The translations under genes were made by a program, and so were the position numbers. Positions 1-9,230 of a stretch of DNA of 54,328 nucleotides are shown one piece after another. This DNA comes from Candidatus Aminicenantes bacterium (GTDB lineage Bacteria; Acidobacteriota; Aminicenantia; Aminicenantales; Aminicenantaceae): assembly GCA_046538375.1 (NCBI GenBank), contig JBKHJA010000003.1, positions 1-54,328 of the forward strand. Reading direction: 5' to 3'. The notes under the pieces are model-generated. The model saw nothing but the letters and a program-made list of their open reading frames with translations. It did no database searches and was not told the DNA's origin. How positions within the stretch are numbered: the stretch's first letter is position 1; every line of letters starts with the position of its first letter.

Positions 1-21
1 GATAATGCAGGATAACTGACA

Positions 22-86
22 TGCGCAGTTACGCAGGCGCTGAGATGGACGGTGAGGGAACGGCGTGAAAAACCTGGACGGGAGCG
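22..86. repeat. Degenerate copy of the internal segment of the 4432-4769 element
   Basis: 22-86 aligns to the reverse complement of 4491-4554 at about 48/65 identical positions (hand alignment). Confidence 0.65.
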
Positions 87-282
87 AAGCCATTCCCAAA
101 TACATGTTCTTAGTATCTCACCCCGGAAAAAAAGATGCTTCCGATATTTAGTAAGCGTCTCTATTTGCGTTTTAGATTTGAAATAATAATTTCCAATGTG
201 ATACAGTTTTGGAGATGCTCCCAGATATTTGTAATTGCAATAAAATCAGATAATTATAGCGAAATAAATGAGTTGTCCCTTG

Positions 283-310
283 TTGACAAAGTAAGGCAGG
301 ATGGTATAAT
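283..310 (+). promoter_or_regulatory. Sigma70-type promoter of the yceD-rpmF-plsX-fab operon
   Basis: TTGACA (283-288), 16 nt spacer, TATAAT (305-310) preceded by TGn (extended -10). Confidence 0.85.
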
Positions 311-335
311 AGTTAAACTTATCCGGGAGAAAGAA

Positions 336-854
336 ATGATTATTGATGTAGATCGACTGCCTAAAAATGGATTAAAAATCTGCAGAGATTTTGAGTTTTT
401 CAGCACGGACCTGGTAGAGGAAAGTGCTGTTTTTCTGGAACCTGTCTATGCGGAACTCACCGTAAAGAAAGTGGACGAAGAGATTTCCGTAAAGGGACGG
501 ATCAAGATCCGCCTCAGCTTTATCTGCAGCCGCTGCTTGGTCCCCTATGAATTTCCTGTCGATTCCAGCTTTGACCTGGTTTATCTTCCCGAGGAGTTTG
601 ATGAAATTAAAGAGGAACTGGACAGCGAGGATATAAACAGGCTGTTCTATTACAGCCGAAAAATAGACATCCACAGGGTGGTTTTGGAACAAATGAACTT
701 GACTTTTCCGGTCAAGCCTCTCTGCTCAAAAGACTGCCCAGGGATATGTCCGGTGTGCGGAAAAATCATCAAAAATGGCCAATGTTCCTGCGTGAGGAGC
801 GATTCAGATCCTCGCCTGGAGAAGTTGAAAATATTCATAAGAGATAAGAGATAA
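336..854 (+). CDS. yceD: YceD/DUF177 family protein (large-subunit rRNA accumulation)
   Basis: CSRCL and PLCSKDCPGICPVCG motifs, DPRLEKL end, directly upstream of rpmF; start moved to ATG 336 (after promoter and GGGAG). Confidence 0.9.
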   Translation: MIIDVDRLPKNGLKICRDFEFFSTDLVEESAVFLEPVYAELTVKKVDEEISVKGRIKIRLSFICSRCLVPYEFPVDSSFDLVYLPEEFDEIKEELDSEDINRLFYYSRKIDIHRVVLEQMNLTFPVKPLCSKDCPGICPVCGKIIKNGQCSCVRSDSDPRLEKLKIFIRDKR

Positions 855-855
855 A

Positions 856-1038
856 ATGGCGAACCCCAAAAGAAAACATTCTCATTCTCGAAAAATGAAA
901 AAGAGGACCCATCAGTCCCTCAAAGTCCCCCCCTTATCTCTATGTTCCAACTGCGGCAATCCTAAGCTTCCTCACCGGGCTTGTCCGGAGTGTGGATATT
1001 ACAAAGGGAGACCTGTGATTGAAGGAGTTGAAGAGTAA
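856..1038 (+). CDS. rpmF: 50S ribosomal protein L32 (Zn-ribbon type)
   Basis: MANPKRKHS...CSNCG...PHRACPECGYYKGR. Confidence 0.97.
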   Translation: MANPKRKHSHSRKMKKRTHQSLKVPPLSLCSNCGNPKLPHRACPECGYYKGRPVIEGVEE

Positions 1039-1055
1039 CCATAAGTGAGGGCTAA

Positions 1056-2069
1056 ATGAGGGTCGCTGTTGATGCCATGGGAGGAGATTTTGGACCCCGG
1101 GTTATTGTGGAAGGAGCGGTTAAGGCCTCCCAGGAACTTCAGATTGAAACCCTCCTGGTGGGAGGAGAGGAGCTCATAAAGAAAGAGTTCGAGAAAATCT
1201 CTCCTTCTGGAGCCAAAATCACCATCGTCAATGCTTCTGAAACCATCGGTATGGCTGAAGGTCTTTTTTCCTTCCGTAAAAAAAAGATGTCCTCCATCCG
1301 CATCGGGACTCAACTGGTTAAAGATGGCCAGGCGGATGCTTTTGTGAGCACCGGAAATACGGCGGCCATCGTTTATATTTCAAGAAAGGTCTTAGGCGCT
1401 TTAAAGGGAGTGGAGAGACCTGCTTTATCCCTTCTTGTCCCCACTTTAAAAGGAATGAGTCTGCTGATTGATGTGGGAGCTAATGTGAACTGCAGCCCCC
1501 ACCACTTGGAGCAGTTTGCCATCATGGGCCAAATTTTTATGGAAACCGTGTTGGGATTAAAAAATCCTCAAATTGCCCTGATGAGTATAGGAGAAGAGGA
1601 TACCAAAGGAAATGACCTGACCAGGGAAACTTTGGAGAGACTCTACGCCTCTCCTTTGAACTTTATCGGCAACATGGAGGGCAAAGATATCTATTCCGGG
1701 AAAGCCGATGTCATCGTCTGTGACGGGTTTACCGGAAATGTCGCTTTGAAGGTCAGCGAAGGAGTTATAGAGACTTTCTTTAACATGGCCCGCCATGAGC
1801 TCATGAAGAATATTTTCTCTAAAATTGGTTTTTTTCTCATGAAGAGAAATTTGAAGAGGCTTTATAAGAGGGTGGATTATTCAGAATACGGCGGTGCTCA
1901 TCTTCTGGGATTGAGGGGCGTTTGTATCATCGGCCACGGACGCTCTACCCCTAATGCTGTGAAGAATGCCATCAAATTAGCCAAATATTTTGTGGTCAAC
2001 AAGGTTCAAGAGAAGATTCAGAAAGAAATAATCCGTTTATCGCCTGGTTTTGACGGGGTAAAAGGTTAG
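1056..2069 (+). CDS. plsX: Phosphate acyltransferase PlsX
   Basis: VDAMGGDFGP, STGNT, DVGAN, VCDGFTGNVALK, GHGRS. Confidence 0.97.
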   Translation: MRVAVDAMGGDFGPRVIVEGAVKASQELQIETLLVGGEELIKKEFEKISPSGAKITIVNASETIGMAEGLFSFRKKKMSSIRIGTQLVKDGQADAFVSTGNTAAIVYISRKVLGALKGVERPALSLLVPTLKGMSLLIDVGANVNCSPHHLEQFAIMGQIFMETVLGLKNPQIALMSIGEEDTKGNDLTRETLERLYASPLNFIGNMEGKDIYSGKADVIVCDGFTGNVALKVSEGVIETFFNMARHELMKNIFSKIGFFLMKRNLKRLYKRVDYSEYGGAHLLGLRGVCIIGHGRSTPNAVKNAIKLAKYFVVNKVQEKIQKEIIRLSPGFDGVKG

Positions 2070-2070
2070 G

Positions 2071-2811
2071 ATGCTTTTTTCTGACCGGGTTTCCGTTGTT
2101 ACCGGAGCTTCTCAAGGTATCGGCGAAGCCATAGCCCTCCATCTTGCTGAGGAAGGAGCAGAGATCATCCTGGTTGATATCCAAGAGGACAAACTGGAAC
2201 AGCTGGCTCAGAGAATAAAGGATAGAAAAGGGAAAGCCCACCCTTTGGCTGCAGATGTTTCCAGGATGGAAGAGGCCGCCAAGGCCGCAGAGAAGGTGTT
2301 GACAGATCACCACAAGATAGATCATCTCGTCAACAACGCAGGGATAACTCGAGACAACCTGTTTTTGCGGATGAAAGAGGAAGAGTGGGATGCGGTTTTA
2401 GCCGTCAATCTGAAAGGCGTATTCAATTTTTGTAAGGCCGTTATCAGGGCCATGATTTCCCGCCGTTACGGACGCATTATCAACCTCTCTTCGGTAGTGG
2501 GACTGATGGGAAACGTGGGGCAGACCAATTATTCCGCCTCCAAGGCAGGGGTGGTGGGATTCACCAAATCTTTGGCCAGGGAAGTGGCTTCCCGGGGAAT
2601 CACGGTGAACGCTGTTGCTCCAGGTTATGTGGACACGGCCATGACCCAGAAGCTTCCTGATTCAGCGAAAAAAGCTTTTCTAGAGCTTATTCCCATGCGG
2701 AGGTTCGCCGCTCCTGAAGAGGTGGCTCACCTGGTGAAATTTCTTCTGTCTGATGAGGCTGCTTATATAACAGGTCAAGTGATAAATATAAACGGCGGGT
2801 TGCTTATGTAG
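2071..2811 (+). CDS. fabG: 3-oxoacyl-ACP reductase
   Basis: SDR motifs TGASQGIG, NNAGITRD, YSASKAG; upstream of acpP. Confidence 0.95.
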   Translation: MLFSDRVSVVTGASQGIGEAIALHLAEEGAEIILVDIQEDKLEQLAQRIKDRKGKAHPLAADVSRMEEAAKAAEKVLTDHHKIDHLVNNAGITRDNLFLRMKEEEWDAVLAVNLKGVFNFCKAVIRAMISRRYGRIINLSSVVGLMGNVGQTNYSASKAGVVGFTKSLAREVASRGITVNAVAPGYVDTAMTQKLPDSAKKAFLELIPMRRFAAPEEVAHLVKFLLSDEAAYITGQVININGGLLM

Positions 2812-2860
2812 ATTTGACCTCATATTTTAGGGACTAATCTTATCAAAGAGGAGGAAAAAC

Positions 2861-3115
2861 ATGGAAAGAGAAGAACTCCTGAAAAAAGTCAAAGCTATCG
2901 TCTCCGATAAACTGAGCATCAGCGAGGACCAGGTTACTGAAGAAGCTTCATTCATCGATGATTTAGGGGCGGATTCGTTAGATACAGTGGAACTGGTCAT
3001 GGCACTAGAGGATGAATTCAACATGGACATTCCTGATGAGGAAGCAGAGAAACTGACCACTGTTGGGAAAGCCATAGACTACGTGCTGGAGCACCTATCA
3101 AAACAATCCAGTTAA
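2861..3115 (+). CDS. acpP: Acyl carrier protein
   Basis: [17 protein letters not shown]; GAGGAGG SD. Confidence 0.97.
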   Translation: MEREELLKKVKAIVSDKLSISEDQVTEEASFIDDLGADSLDTVELVMALEDEFNMDIPDEEAEKLTTVGKAIDYVLEHLSKQSS

Positions 3116-3134
3116 CCTGCCTCCCCAATTTCTG

Positions 3135-4409
3135 ATGAAAAGATCCTCTGATTCTGCTCAAAAACTGTCTCCCAGACGAGTGGTGGTGACAGGGATAGGT
3201 CTGGTTTCTCCCTTAGGGACAGGGACGGAGACAACTTGGAAGAACCTTATAGCAGGAAAAAACGGGATCAGCCTCATATCTAAATTTGATCCTTCTGATT
3301 ACTCCTCTCAAATAGCAGGGGAAGTGAAGGATTTTGATCCGCTTGACTTCATTGAAAAAAGGGAAGTCCGGAAAATGGATCCATTCATCCAGTATGCTGT
3401 GGCTGCGGCTCAACTGGCGGTTGAAGATTCAGGCATTGACCTTGAATGTTTACAGGGAGACAGGTGTGGTGTCTACATTGGCTCCGGGATCGGCGGAATC
3501 AGCTCTATCGAAGATACGCATAAGAAATTGCTGGAGAAAGGGCCAAGCAGGGTCTCTCCTTTTTTCTTAATCTCTACCATTATCAACGAGGCTTCGGGGC
3601 AAGTCTCTATCAAGTATCGAGCCAAGGGTCCCAATTCAGCCACCGCCACTGCCTGCAGCACCGGAACCCATGCGGTGGGCGATTCTTTCCGGATCATAGC
3701 CAGAGAAGAGGCAGAAATCATGATTGCTGGTGGTGCCGAGGCCCCCATAACTCCTTTAGGAGTGGCTGGATTTTGTGCTATGCGGGCTCTTTCTTTAAGA
3801 AATCACCAGCCCCAAAAAGCTTCCCGTCCTTTTGATGCCCAGCGGGATGGATTCGTGGTAGGCGAAGGTGCCGGGTTGCTTATCCTCGAAGAGCTGGAGA
3901 TGGCCCGTAAGAGGGGAGCTCGAATCTATGCTGAAGTGGTGGGCTATGGTATGAGTGGGGATGCCTATCATGTGACAGCTCCACCAGAGGACGGAGATGG
4001 AGCCTACAGGGCGATGAAAAGAGCCCTTGATGATGCCTCCCTCAATCCTCAGGAAATCCAGTACATCAACGCCCATGGCACCTCCACTCCTTTTAATGAT
4101 AAAATCGAGACTTTGGCCATCAAGAAGCTTTTCGGAGCCCATGCTTATAAGATAGGGGTCAATTCCACCAAGTCCATGATAGGACATCTTTTGGGAGCAG
4201 CCGGGGGTGTGGAAGCTGGAATTGCAGCCCTCGCTCTTAAAAACCAGATCATGCCTCCCACCATAAACCATGAATATCCTGATCCTGAATGTGACCTGGA
4301 TTATGTTCCCAACCAGGCCCGCCCGGCAGAAATCCGGTATGCTCTGAGCAATTCTTTTGGCTTTGGGGGGACCAACGGAGCTCTTGTTTTCAAGAAATAT
4401 GAAGAATAA
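3135..4409 (+). CDS. fabF: Beta-ketoacyl-ACP synthase II
   Basis: [31 protein letters not shown] (Cys-His-His triad). Confidence 0.97.
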   Translation: MKRSSDSAQKLSPRRVVVTGIGLVSPLGTGTETTWKNLIAGKNGISLISKFDPSDYSSQIAGEVKDFDPLDFIEKREVRKMDPFIQYAVAAAQLAVEDSGIDLECLQGDRCGVYIGSGIGGISSIEDTHKKLLEKGPSRVSPFFLISTIINEASGQVSIKYRAKGPNSATATACSTGTHAVGDSFRIIAREEAEIMIAGGAEAPITPLGVAGFCAMRALSLRNHQPQKASRPFDAQRDGFVVGEGAGLLILEELEMARKRGARIYAEVVGYGMSGDAYHVTAPPEDGDGAYRAMKRALDDASLNPQEIQYINAHGTSTPFNDKIETLAIKKLFGAHAYKIGVNSTKSMIGHLLGAAGGVEAGIAALALKNQIMPPTINHEYPDPECDLDYVPNQARPAEIRYALSNSFGFGGTNGALVFKKYEE

Positions 4410-4431
4410 GCCATATCGAGTTTTTTTATAT

Positions 4432-4769
4432 GACTTTGTGCCAAAGTGACGTGATAGAAAAAGGAGTGAAATGTTGGAGGAAAATGTCTCCGCTCTAGTT
4501 CAGATTTTTAACGCCATTTCCTCCTGGTTTTCCTCGGGCCTGCGGAACTGCGCACATTCGCTCTCTTCTCCTCATTCTGTCTACGGCTTACTCTCTCTCC
4601 GTCATGTCCTTCCAATGCTCAAACAGTCCTCGGCTCCGGCTTCGCCGGATCCCCTCAGAAAACCACTCGGAAAGGCTTGGTGGGTTGGGACGGGGTCTGA
4701 AATGCCGCTCCGACATTTACCCTCCAACATTAATCATATCTTCCAATCACGTCACTTTGGGACATCCTC
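4432..4769. mobile_element. MITE-like non-autonomous element, 338 bp
   Basis: Long imperfect TIRs (perfect 15-bp core CCAAAGTGACGTGAT 4441-4455 / 4746-4760, plus 4470-4488 / 4712-4731); flanked by direct repeat TTTTATAT (4424-4431, 4770-4777); no credible ORF. Confidence 0.75.
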
Positions 4770-4809
4770 TTTTATATAAGCATGGTATGAAGTGCGAGAG
4801 GAGGTATAA

Positions 4810-5592
4810 ATGAATATCTATGTTCTTGTTAAAAGGGTTCCTGATACAGAATCCAAAATAAGGATAAACCATGAGACAAATTCAATCATGGAGGAAGGAT
4901 TGAATTTTGTATTGAATCCTTATGATGAGTATGCGGTGGAAGAGGCTCTTCGGATAAAGGAGGGCCAAGGGGCCAAAGTGACTGTTGTTTCGGTGGGGAC
5001 AGAAGAGGCGTTAGTGGTGCTGAAAAAATGCTTAGCCATGGGAGCCGATGAAGCTGTTCTGATTAAAGATTCCACCGAAGAAGCTTATGATGGATTGAGG
5101 ACAGCCAGAATTATTGATCAAGCCTTCCGGACGAAGTTTTCTGATCACAGTTTGCTCCTGTTCGGGAAACAGTCTGTGGACGCTGACAATTCACAGATTC
5201 CCAGCATGGTGGCAGAGCTTCTAAGTTTGCCCCAGGTCAATGTGGTCACCCGTCTGAAGATAGAAGGGAATAGGGGAACAGCCCACCGGGAGATTGAAGG
5301 GGCCACGGAGAAAGTTTCTTTCCCTTTACCCGCGGTGATCAGTGCCCAGAAGGGATTGAACGAGCCCCGGTATGAAACCTTAAAGGGAATAATGATGGCC
5401 AAGAAGAAAGAAATTCCTGTGATTTCAGTACAAGAATTGGATCTCAAAGAAGAGGATCTGGCTGGGGGGCTGGAAGTGATGAACATACAAGGACCTCCTG
5501 TCAAAGAGCCAGGAAAAGTGGTGGAGAAGGAACCCGCCGAGGCTGCCAAAGAGCTGGTAGATTTCCTGCACCAGGAAGCCAAGATTATCTAA
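4810..5592 (+). CDS. etfB: Electron transfer flavoprotein beta subunit
   Basis: VKRVPDT, NPYDEYAVEEA, AMGADEA, NEPRY. Confidence 0.95.
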   Translation: MNIYVLVKRVPDTESKIRINHETNSIMEEGLNFVLNPYDEYAVEEALRIKEGQGAKVTVVSVGTEEALVVLKKCLAMGADEAVLIKDSTEEAYDGLRTARIIDQAFRTKFSDHSLLLFGKQSVDADNSQIPSMVAELLSLPQVNVVTRLKIEGNRGTAHREIEGATEKVSFPLPAVISAQKGLNEPRYETLKGIMMAKKKEIPVISVQELDLKEEDLAGGLEVMNIQGPPVKEPGKVVEKEPAEAAKELVDFLHQEAKII

Positions 5593-5740
5593 CTTGGATT
5601 ATTCATAAATTGAAGGTTTTCCCAGATGCAGTCATGAATTTCAGGGGAAATCGGGACATGAATCGAATTCTCCTGAATTCGGTATGGTGTCCCTGATTTC
5701 CTTTTTCATGGAAATCAAAAACCTATATGAATAATGCAGG
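5593..5740. mobile_element. MITE-like palindromic element, 148 bp, between etfB and etfA
   Basis: TIRs CTTGGATTATTCATA (5593-5607) / TATGAATAATGCAGG (5726-5740), 13/15 match; CTAA duplicated at 5589-5592 and 5741-5744; nested hairpin 5633-5710. Confidence 0.8.
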
Positions 5741-5758
5741 CTAAGGAGGAGGAAAAGC

Positions 5759-6730
5759 ATGATTCTGGTATTCATAGAAATCAGAGAAGGAGAAGTGAAA
5801 AAGTCTTCTTTAGAGGCGGTCTCTGAAGCAAAGAGAAGAGCGGATGAGATGGGCACCGAGGTAGCGGCCGTACTGGTGGGTCACAAATTGGAAGATTATG
5901 CCCAGAAGGTTTTCCCTTACGGGGCAGCCAAGAGCTATGTGCTGGAGAACTCTCTCTTAACTCGGTATACACCTGAAGGATTTGCTCTGGCCCTCTCCAG
6001 TTTGGTGGAGGAGCTCAACCCAGAAGTCATTTTCTTTTCAGCAACCGCTATGGGAAGGGATTTGGCTCCCAGGCTGGCGGCTAAGCTGGGAGTGAGCCTT
6101 GCATCGGACTGCACCAAGACAGCAGCCAGAGGCGGGAAATTGGAGGTTGTTCGTCCCATTTTCGCAGGCAAAGCTTTTTTAAGCTTGAGCCTCCGTTCCT
6201 CTCCCCAAATAGCCTCTCTCAGGCCCAATGTCTTCCCTCTTTTAGACCCTTCAGATAATGAGGGAGAGGTTATCCGCAAAGAAATAGTCATCGATGAGAA
6301 GCAGGTCAAGTCCCAGGTCATAGAAATATTAAGGGAAGAGGGAGCAGAGATGGATGTCACTGAAGCAGAGATTGTTATCTCTGGCGGAAGGGGGATGAAG
6401 GGACCAGAGAATTTCGACCTGCTGAGAGAACTTTCCTCACTCCTTCCCCATTCGGCCATAGGAGCTTCTCGTTCGGCTGTGGATGCAAACTGGATAGACC
6501 ATCAGCATCAAGTAGGGCAAACCGGGAAAACAGTCTCTCCCAATCTGTATATGGCCTTCGGGATATCAGGTGCCATTCAACATCTGGCCGGGATGTCTTC
6601 TTCAAAATACATCGTGGCTGTCAACAAGGATCCAGAAGCACCTATTTTCAAATTGGCTGATTTCGGTGTGGTGGGAGACCTGTTCCAGGTGATCCCTCAT
6701 TTGAAGGAAGAGTTAAAAAAGATGAAATAA
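5759..6730 (+). CDS. etfA: Electron transfer flavoprotein alpha subunit
   Basis: SGGRG, GASR, QVGQTGK, GISGAIQHLAGM, NKDPEAPIF. Confidence 0.96.
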   Translation: MILVFIEIREGEVKKSSLEAVSEAKRRADEMGTEVAAVLVGHKLEDYAQKVFPYGAAKSYVLENSLLTRYTPEGFALALSSLVEELNPEVIFFSATAMGRDLAPRLAAKLGVSLASDCTKTAARGGKLEVVRPIFAGKAFLSLSLRSSPQIASLRPNVFPLLDPSDNEGEVIRKEIVIDEKQVKSQVIEILREEGAEMDVTEAEIVISGGRGMKGPENFDLLRELSSLLPHSAIGASRSAVDANWIDHQHQVGQTGKTVSPNLYMAFGISGAIQHLAGMSSSKYIVAVNKDPEAPIFKLADFGVVGDLFQVIPHLKEELKKMK

Positions 6731-6778
6731 GCCTTTCCTCTAGGCCGCAGTTTAATCCCTATCAGCGTTCGGATGTTT

Positions 6779-8410
6779 TCAGTAAGGTTCTAGAATATCC
6801 AAAAGCACTCTGTTTTTCTCTGAACGGCTTTCTCCTACACTGGTGACATAAATAGCCGGTTCATCCACCACTGGACATTTGGTCTCACATATCCCACAGC
6901 CGATGCAGATTTCTGTGTCCACAACCGGTGAAGCCGGAGTTGTTATGGTTCCATCCGGCCGTTTGATTTCTGTTTTTACCAGCTTGATGGCTTTTGGAGA
7001 GGTGGGACAGTGCTCCTCACACACGATACAAGGAGTGCCCATAACATAAGGAAGGCAGCGGTTCTTATTCACCCACGCCGTGCCGATGGTTACCTTGGTC
7101 TTCTCTCCCACCGTAAGTTCGTCAATAGCTCCGGTGGGGCAGACTTGAGAGCAAAGAGAACAGTAATATTCACAATAGCCGATTTTGGGGACCAGCACCG
7201 GTGTCCATAAGCCTTCAGGGCCTGCTTCCCAGAGTGCTGGCTGGAGAGCATTGGTGGGGCAGACCTTCATGCATTCCCCGCAGCGGACGCATTTCTGCAG
7301 AAACTTCTCTTCAGGGAGAGCACCGGGGGGACGAATCAGTTTGGGGGAGGCGCGGTTGGAGGCCGGAGAGAAGCGAAAAAAAGGAACAGCGAGGGTGCCC
7401 AGGATGGAAGTAAAGATGAGTTTCCTCCTGGAGAGATTCACCTCGGGCAGGGGTTCTGAAGCAGATTTTGCCGGAAATTGGATGGCGCTGGTGGGACAGA
7501 TGGCACTGCAGGTGTAACAATAATCGCATTCTGAGCTTTTCCATTCTTCATCTGGAAAGGGGTGGGCCTCGGTTTGACAGTGAATATTGCACAGGTCGCA
7601 TTCTATGCATTTTTGGGGATCTATCCGAAGCTTGAACACATTCCATCTTGAAACCAATCCCAGAAATGCTCCCAACGGACAAAGATAGCGGCACCAGAAT
7701 CTTTCTCTGGCCAGGTTGAGAAGGACCAAGCCAGCAAAGACAAGCCCGATGAAGAATCCTTGAACAAAGGTGGCGTTGAGAGCCAGATTTTGGATGAATT
7801 GAACCAAACTGTCTCCCAGGGAGTAAACCTTGATCTGGTAAAGAAGATCGAGGAAGACCGAGGAGAGGTAGCTCAGCACTGGGAGAAGGCTTACCGTAAA
7901 AGAACGATAGAGAAGGGAGAGGGGGTCAAGGATGCCCACCAGATTCAGGGTGAAAATCGAGCTAACCAACAAGAATATCAGCAGATAATATTTCCAGGAT
8001 AAAGGCCCTGGGGATTTCTTCTGGGGGGATAGGAGTTTAGTTTTTTTGAAGAGGAAAGAGAAGAACTGATGGATGGATCCAAGGGGACAGACCCATCCGC
8101 ACACTACCCGGCCTAACACCAAGGTGAAGAGGATGGTCAGCGCGGAAAATACGAAAGTAAGGAAAACCGTCCTGGCAGCCAGAAGGGTAGCCACAGCCAG
8201 GAGAGGGTCGAAATGGAAAAAAATTTCTACCTGACCGATGTAATCTTCTCCTGGAAATCGGGTGTTCAGTAAAAGGTAAAAAAACAGAGAGAAAAAAATG
8301 GTTTGGCTGAGGATTCGGAGAGCCTGAATGATGCGGTATTTTCTAGATCGTTCTCTCTTCAATATGGAGTTTCTCCAGGTTGATTTCTCCGAACCCTCTT
8401 TGATGGGCAA
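6779..8410 (-). CDS. Membrane polyferredoxin (NapH/MauN-like membrane part fused to NapG/MauM-like ferredoxin)
   Basis: TM segments with CGWVCPLG and WCRYLCPLG; multiple CxxCxxCxxxCP; IRPPGALPE...CVRCGECMKVCP; start uncertain. Confidence 0.85.
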   Translation of the reverse strand: MPIKEGSEKSTWRNSILKRERSRKYRIIQALRILSQTIFFSLFFYLLLNTRFPGEDYIGQVEIFFHFDPLLAVATLLAARTVFLTFVFSALTILFTLVLGRVVCGWVCPLGSIHQFFSFLFKKTKLLSPQKKSPGPLSWKYYLLIFLLVSSIFTLNLVGILDPLSLLYRSFTVSLLPVLSYLSSVFLDLLYQIKVYSLGDSLVQFIQNLALNATFVQGFFIGLVFAGLVLLNLARERFWCRYLCPLGAFLGLVSRWNVFKLRIDPQKCIECDLCNIHCQTEAHPFPDEEWKSSECDYCYTCSAICPTSAIQFPAKSASEPLPEVNLSRRKLIFTSILGTLAVPFFRFSPASNRASPKLIRPPGALPEEKFLQKCVRCGECMKVCPTNALQPALWEAGPEGLWTPVLVPKIGYCEYYCSLCSQVCPTGAIDELTVGEKTKVTIGTAWVNKNRCLPYVMGTPCIVCEEHCPTSPKAIKLVKTEIKRPDGTITTPASPVVDTEICIGCGICETKCPVVDEPAIYVTSVGESRSEKNRVLLDILEPY

Positions 8411-9230
8411 GCTTCAGAAAAGGCAGCTCAGAAGGTTTTATGTTGAAAAATGTCGCTCCCGCGGCATCCACAGCCACATAATCCTTTCCCCCAGCCACTG
8501 TTTTGAATAATTTGGCATCAGAAAGCCTTCCTCCTTGCGGTCCATTCCTGATGAGAATCCGGAAGCCGTCCAGTAGAGTCAGGCAGGGGTTGAAGAAAGC
8601 GGAGAGATCAATCATAGCCTGGTCAATTTTCTGATGGAGCTGGTTGCGGTTGCCTCCCAGAGCTCCCAGCCAGTTTTTCATGCCCATGGTCAGCCGGGAA
8701 AGACTGTGGGTTTTAGCGATAGGAAGGTTGATGATTTTGTCGCATTCTATAAAGTCTGTATACACTTCCCATTCTTTGAGCCATTCTCCTTCAAGAGAGA
8801 TGGTTTTTAGTCGATGAGGATTGGGGAAGAGAACTTTGGCGCCTGCTCGTTTAGCGGCTTCAGCAATACCTGATCGGGCGTAAGTCCGGCGGGCTGGATT
8901 GCAGGGATGATCCATCACTTTGACTTCCTTGGCTCCGCCCTCAAGGCAGAGCCGGACCACAGACTTGACCACTTCCGGATTGGTGCAGGCCGCCTGCTGA
9001 GGAGTCCTGTCCCAGCCGATATTTGGCTTGACCATCACCACATCACCTTTGGAGATAAAGCGGCGGATTCCTCCCAGAAGTGAAATGGCTTTTTCAGTTA
9101 TCAGGGCCGGCGAGTCGCCGTGAACAAGGGCCAAGTGAGGATAGCTTTTTTGCTGGGCTAAAACGGAAGAAGGGAAATGGAGGAGTAAGCTGCCCAGGCT
9201 CAACTGTTTAATAAACTCTCTTCTTTTCAT
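8343..9230 (-). CDS. Tat-exported DUF362 family protein
   Basis: MKRREFIK twin-arginine signal at 9230 (ATGA overlap with amidase stop); VMVKPNIGW, CTNPEVV, INLPIAKTH, TMGMKN. Confidence 0.85.
   Translation of the reverse strand: MKRREFIKQLSLGSLLLHFPSSVLAQQKSYPHLALVHGDSPALITEKAISLLGGIRRFISKGDVVMVKPNIGWDRTPQQAACTNPEVVKSVVRLCLEGGAKEVKVMDHPCNPARRTYARSGIAEAAKRAGAKVLFPNPHRLKTISLEGEWLKEWEVYTDFIECDKIINLPIAKTHSLSRLTMGMKNWLGALGGNRNQLHQKIDQAMIDLSAFFNPCLTLLDGFRILIRNGPQGGRLSDAKLFKTVAGGKDYVAVDAAGATFFNIKPSELPFLKLAHQRGFGEINLEKLHIEERTI

Noticed and set aside
135-335. 67-aa N-terminal extension of YceD in the ORF track
   Set aside because: It spans the consensus promoter (283-310); family-like sequence starts at ATG 336
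4471-4813. ORFs 4471-4779 and 4604-4813
   Set aside because: They lie within the TIR-bounded element and show no protein-like motifs
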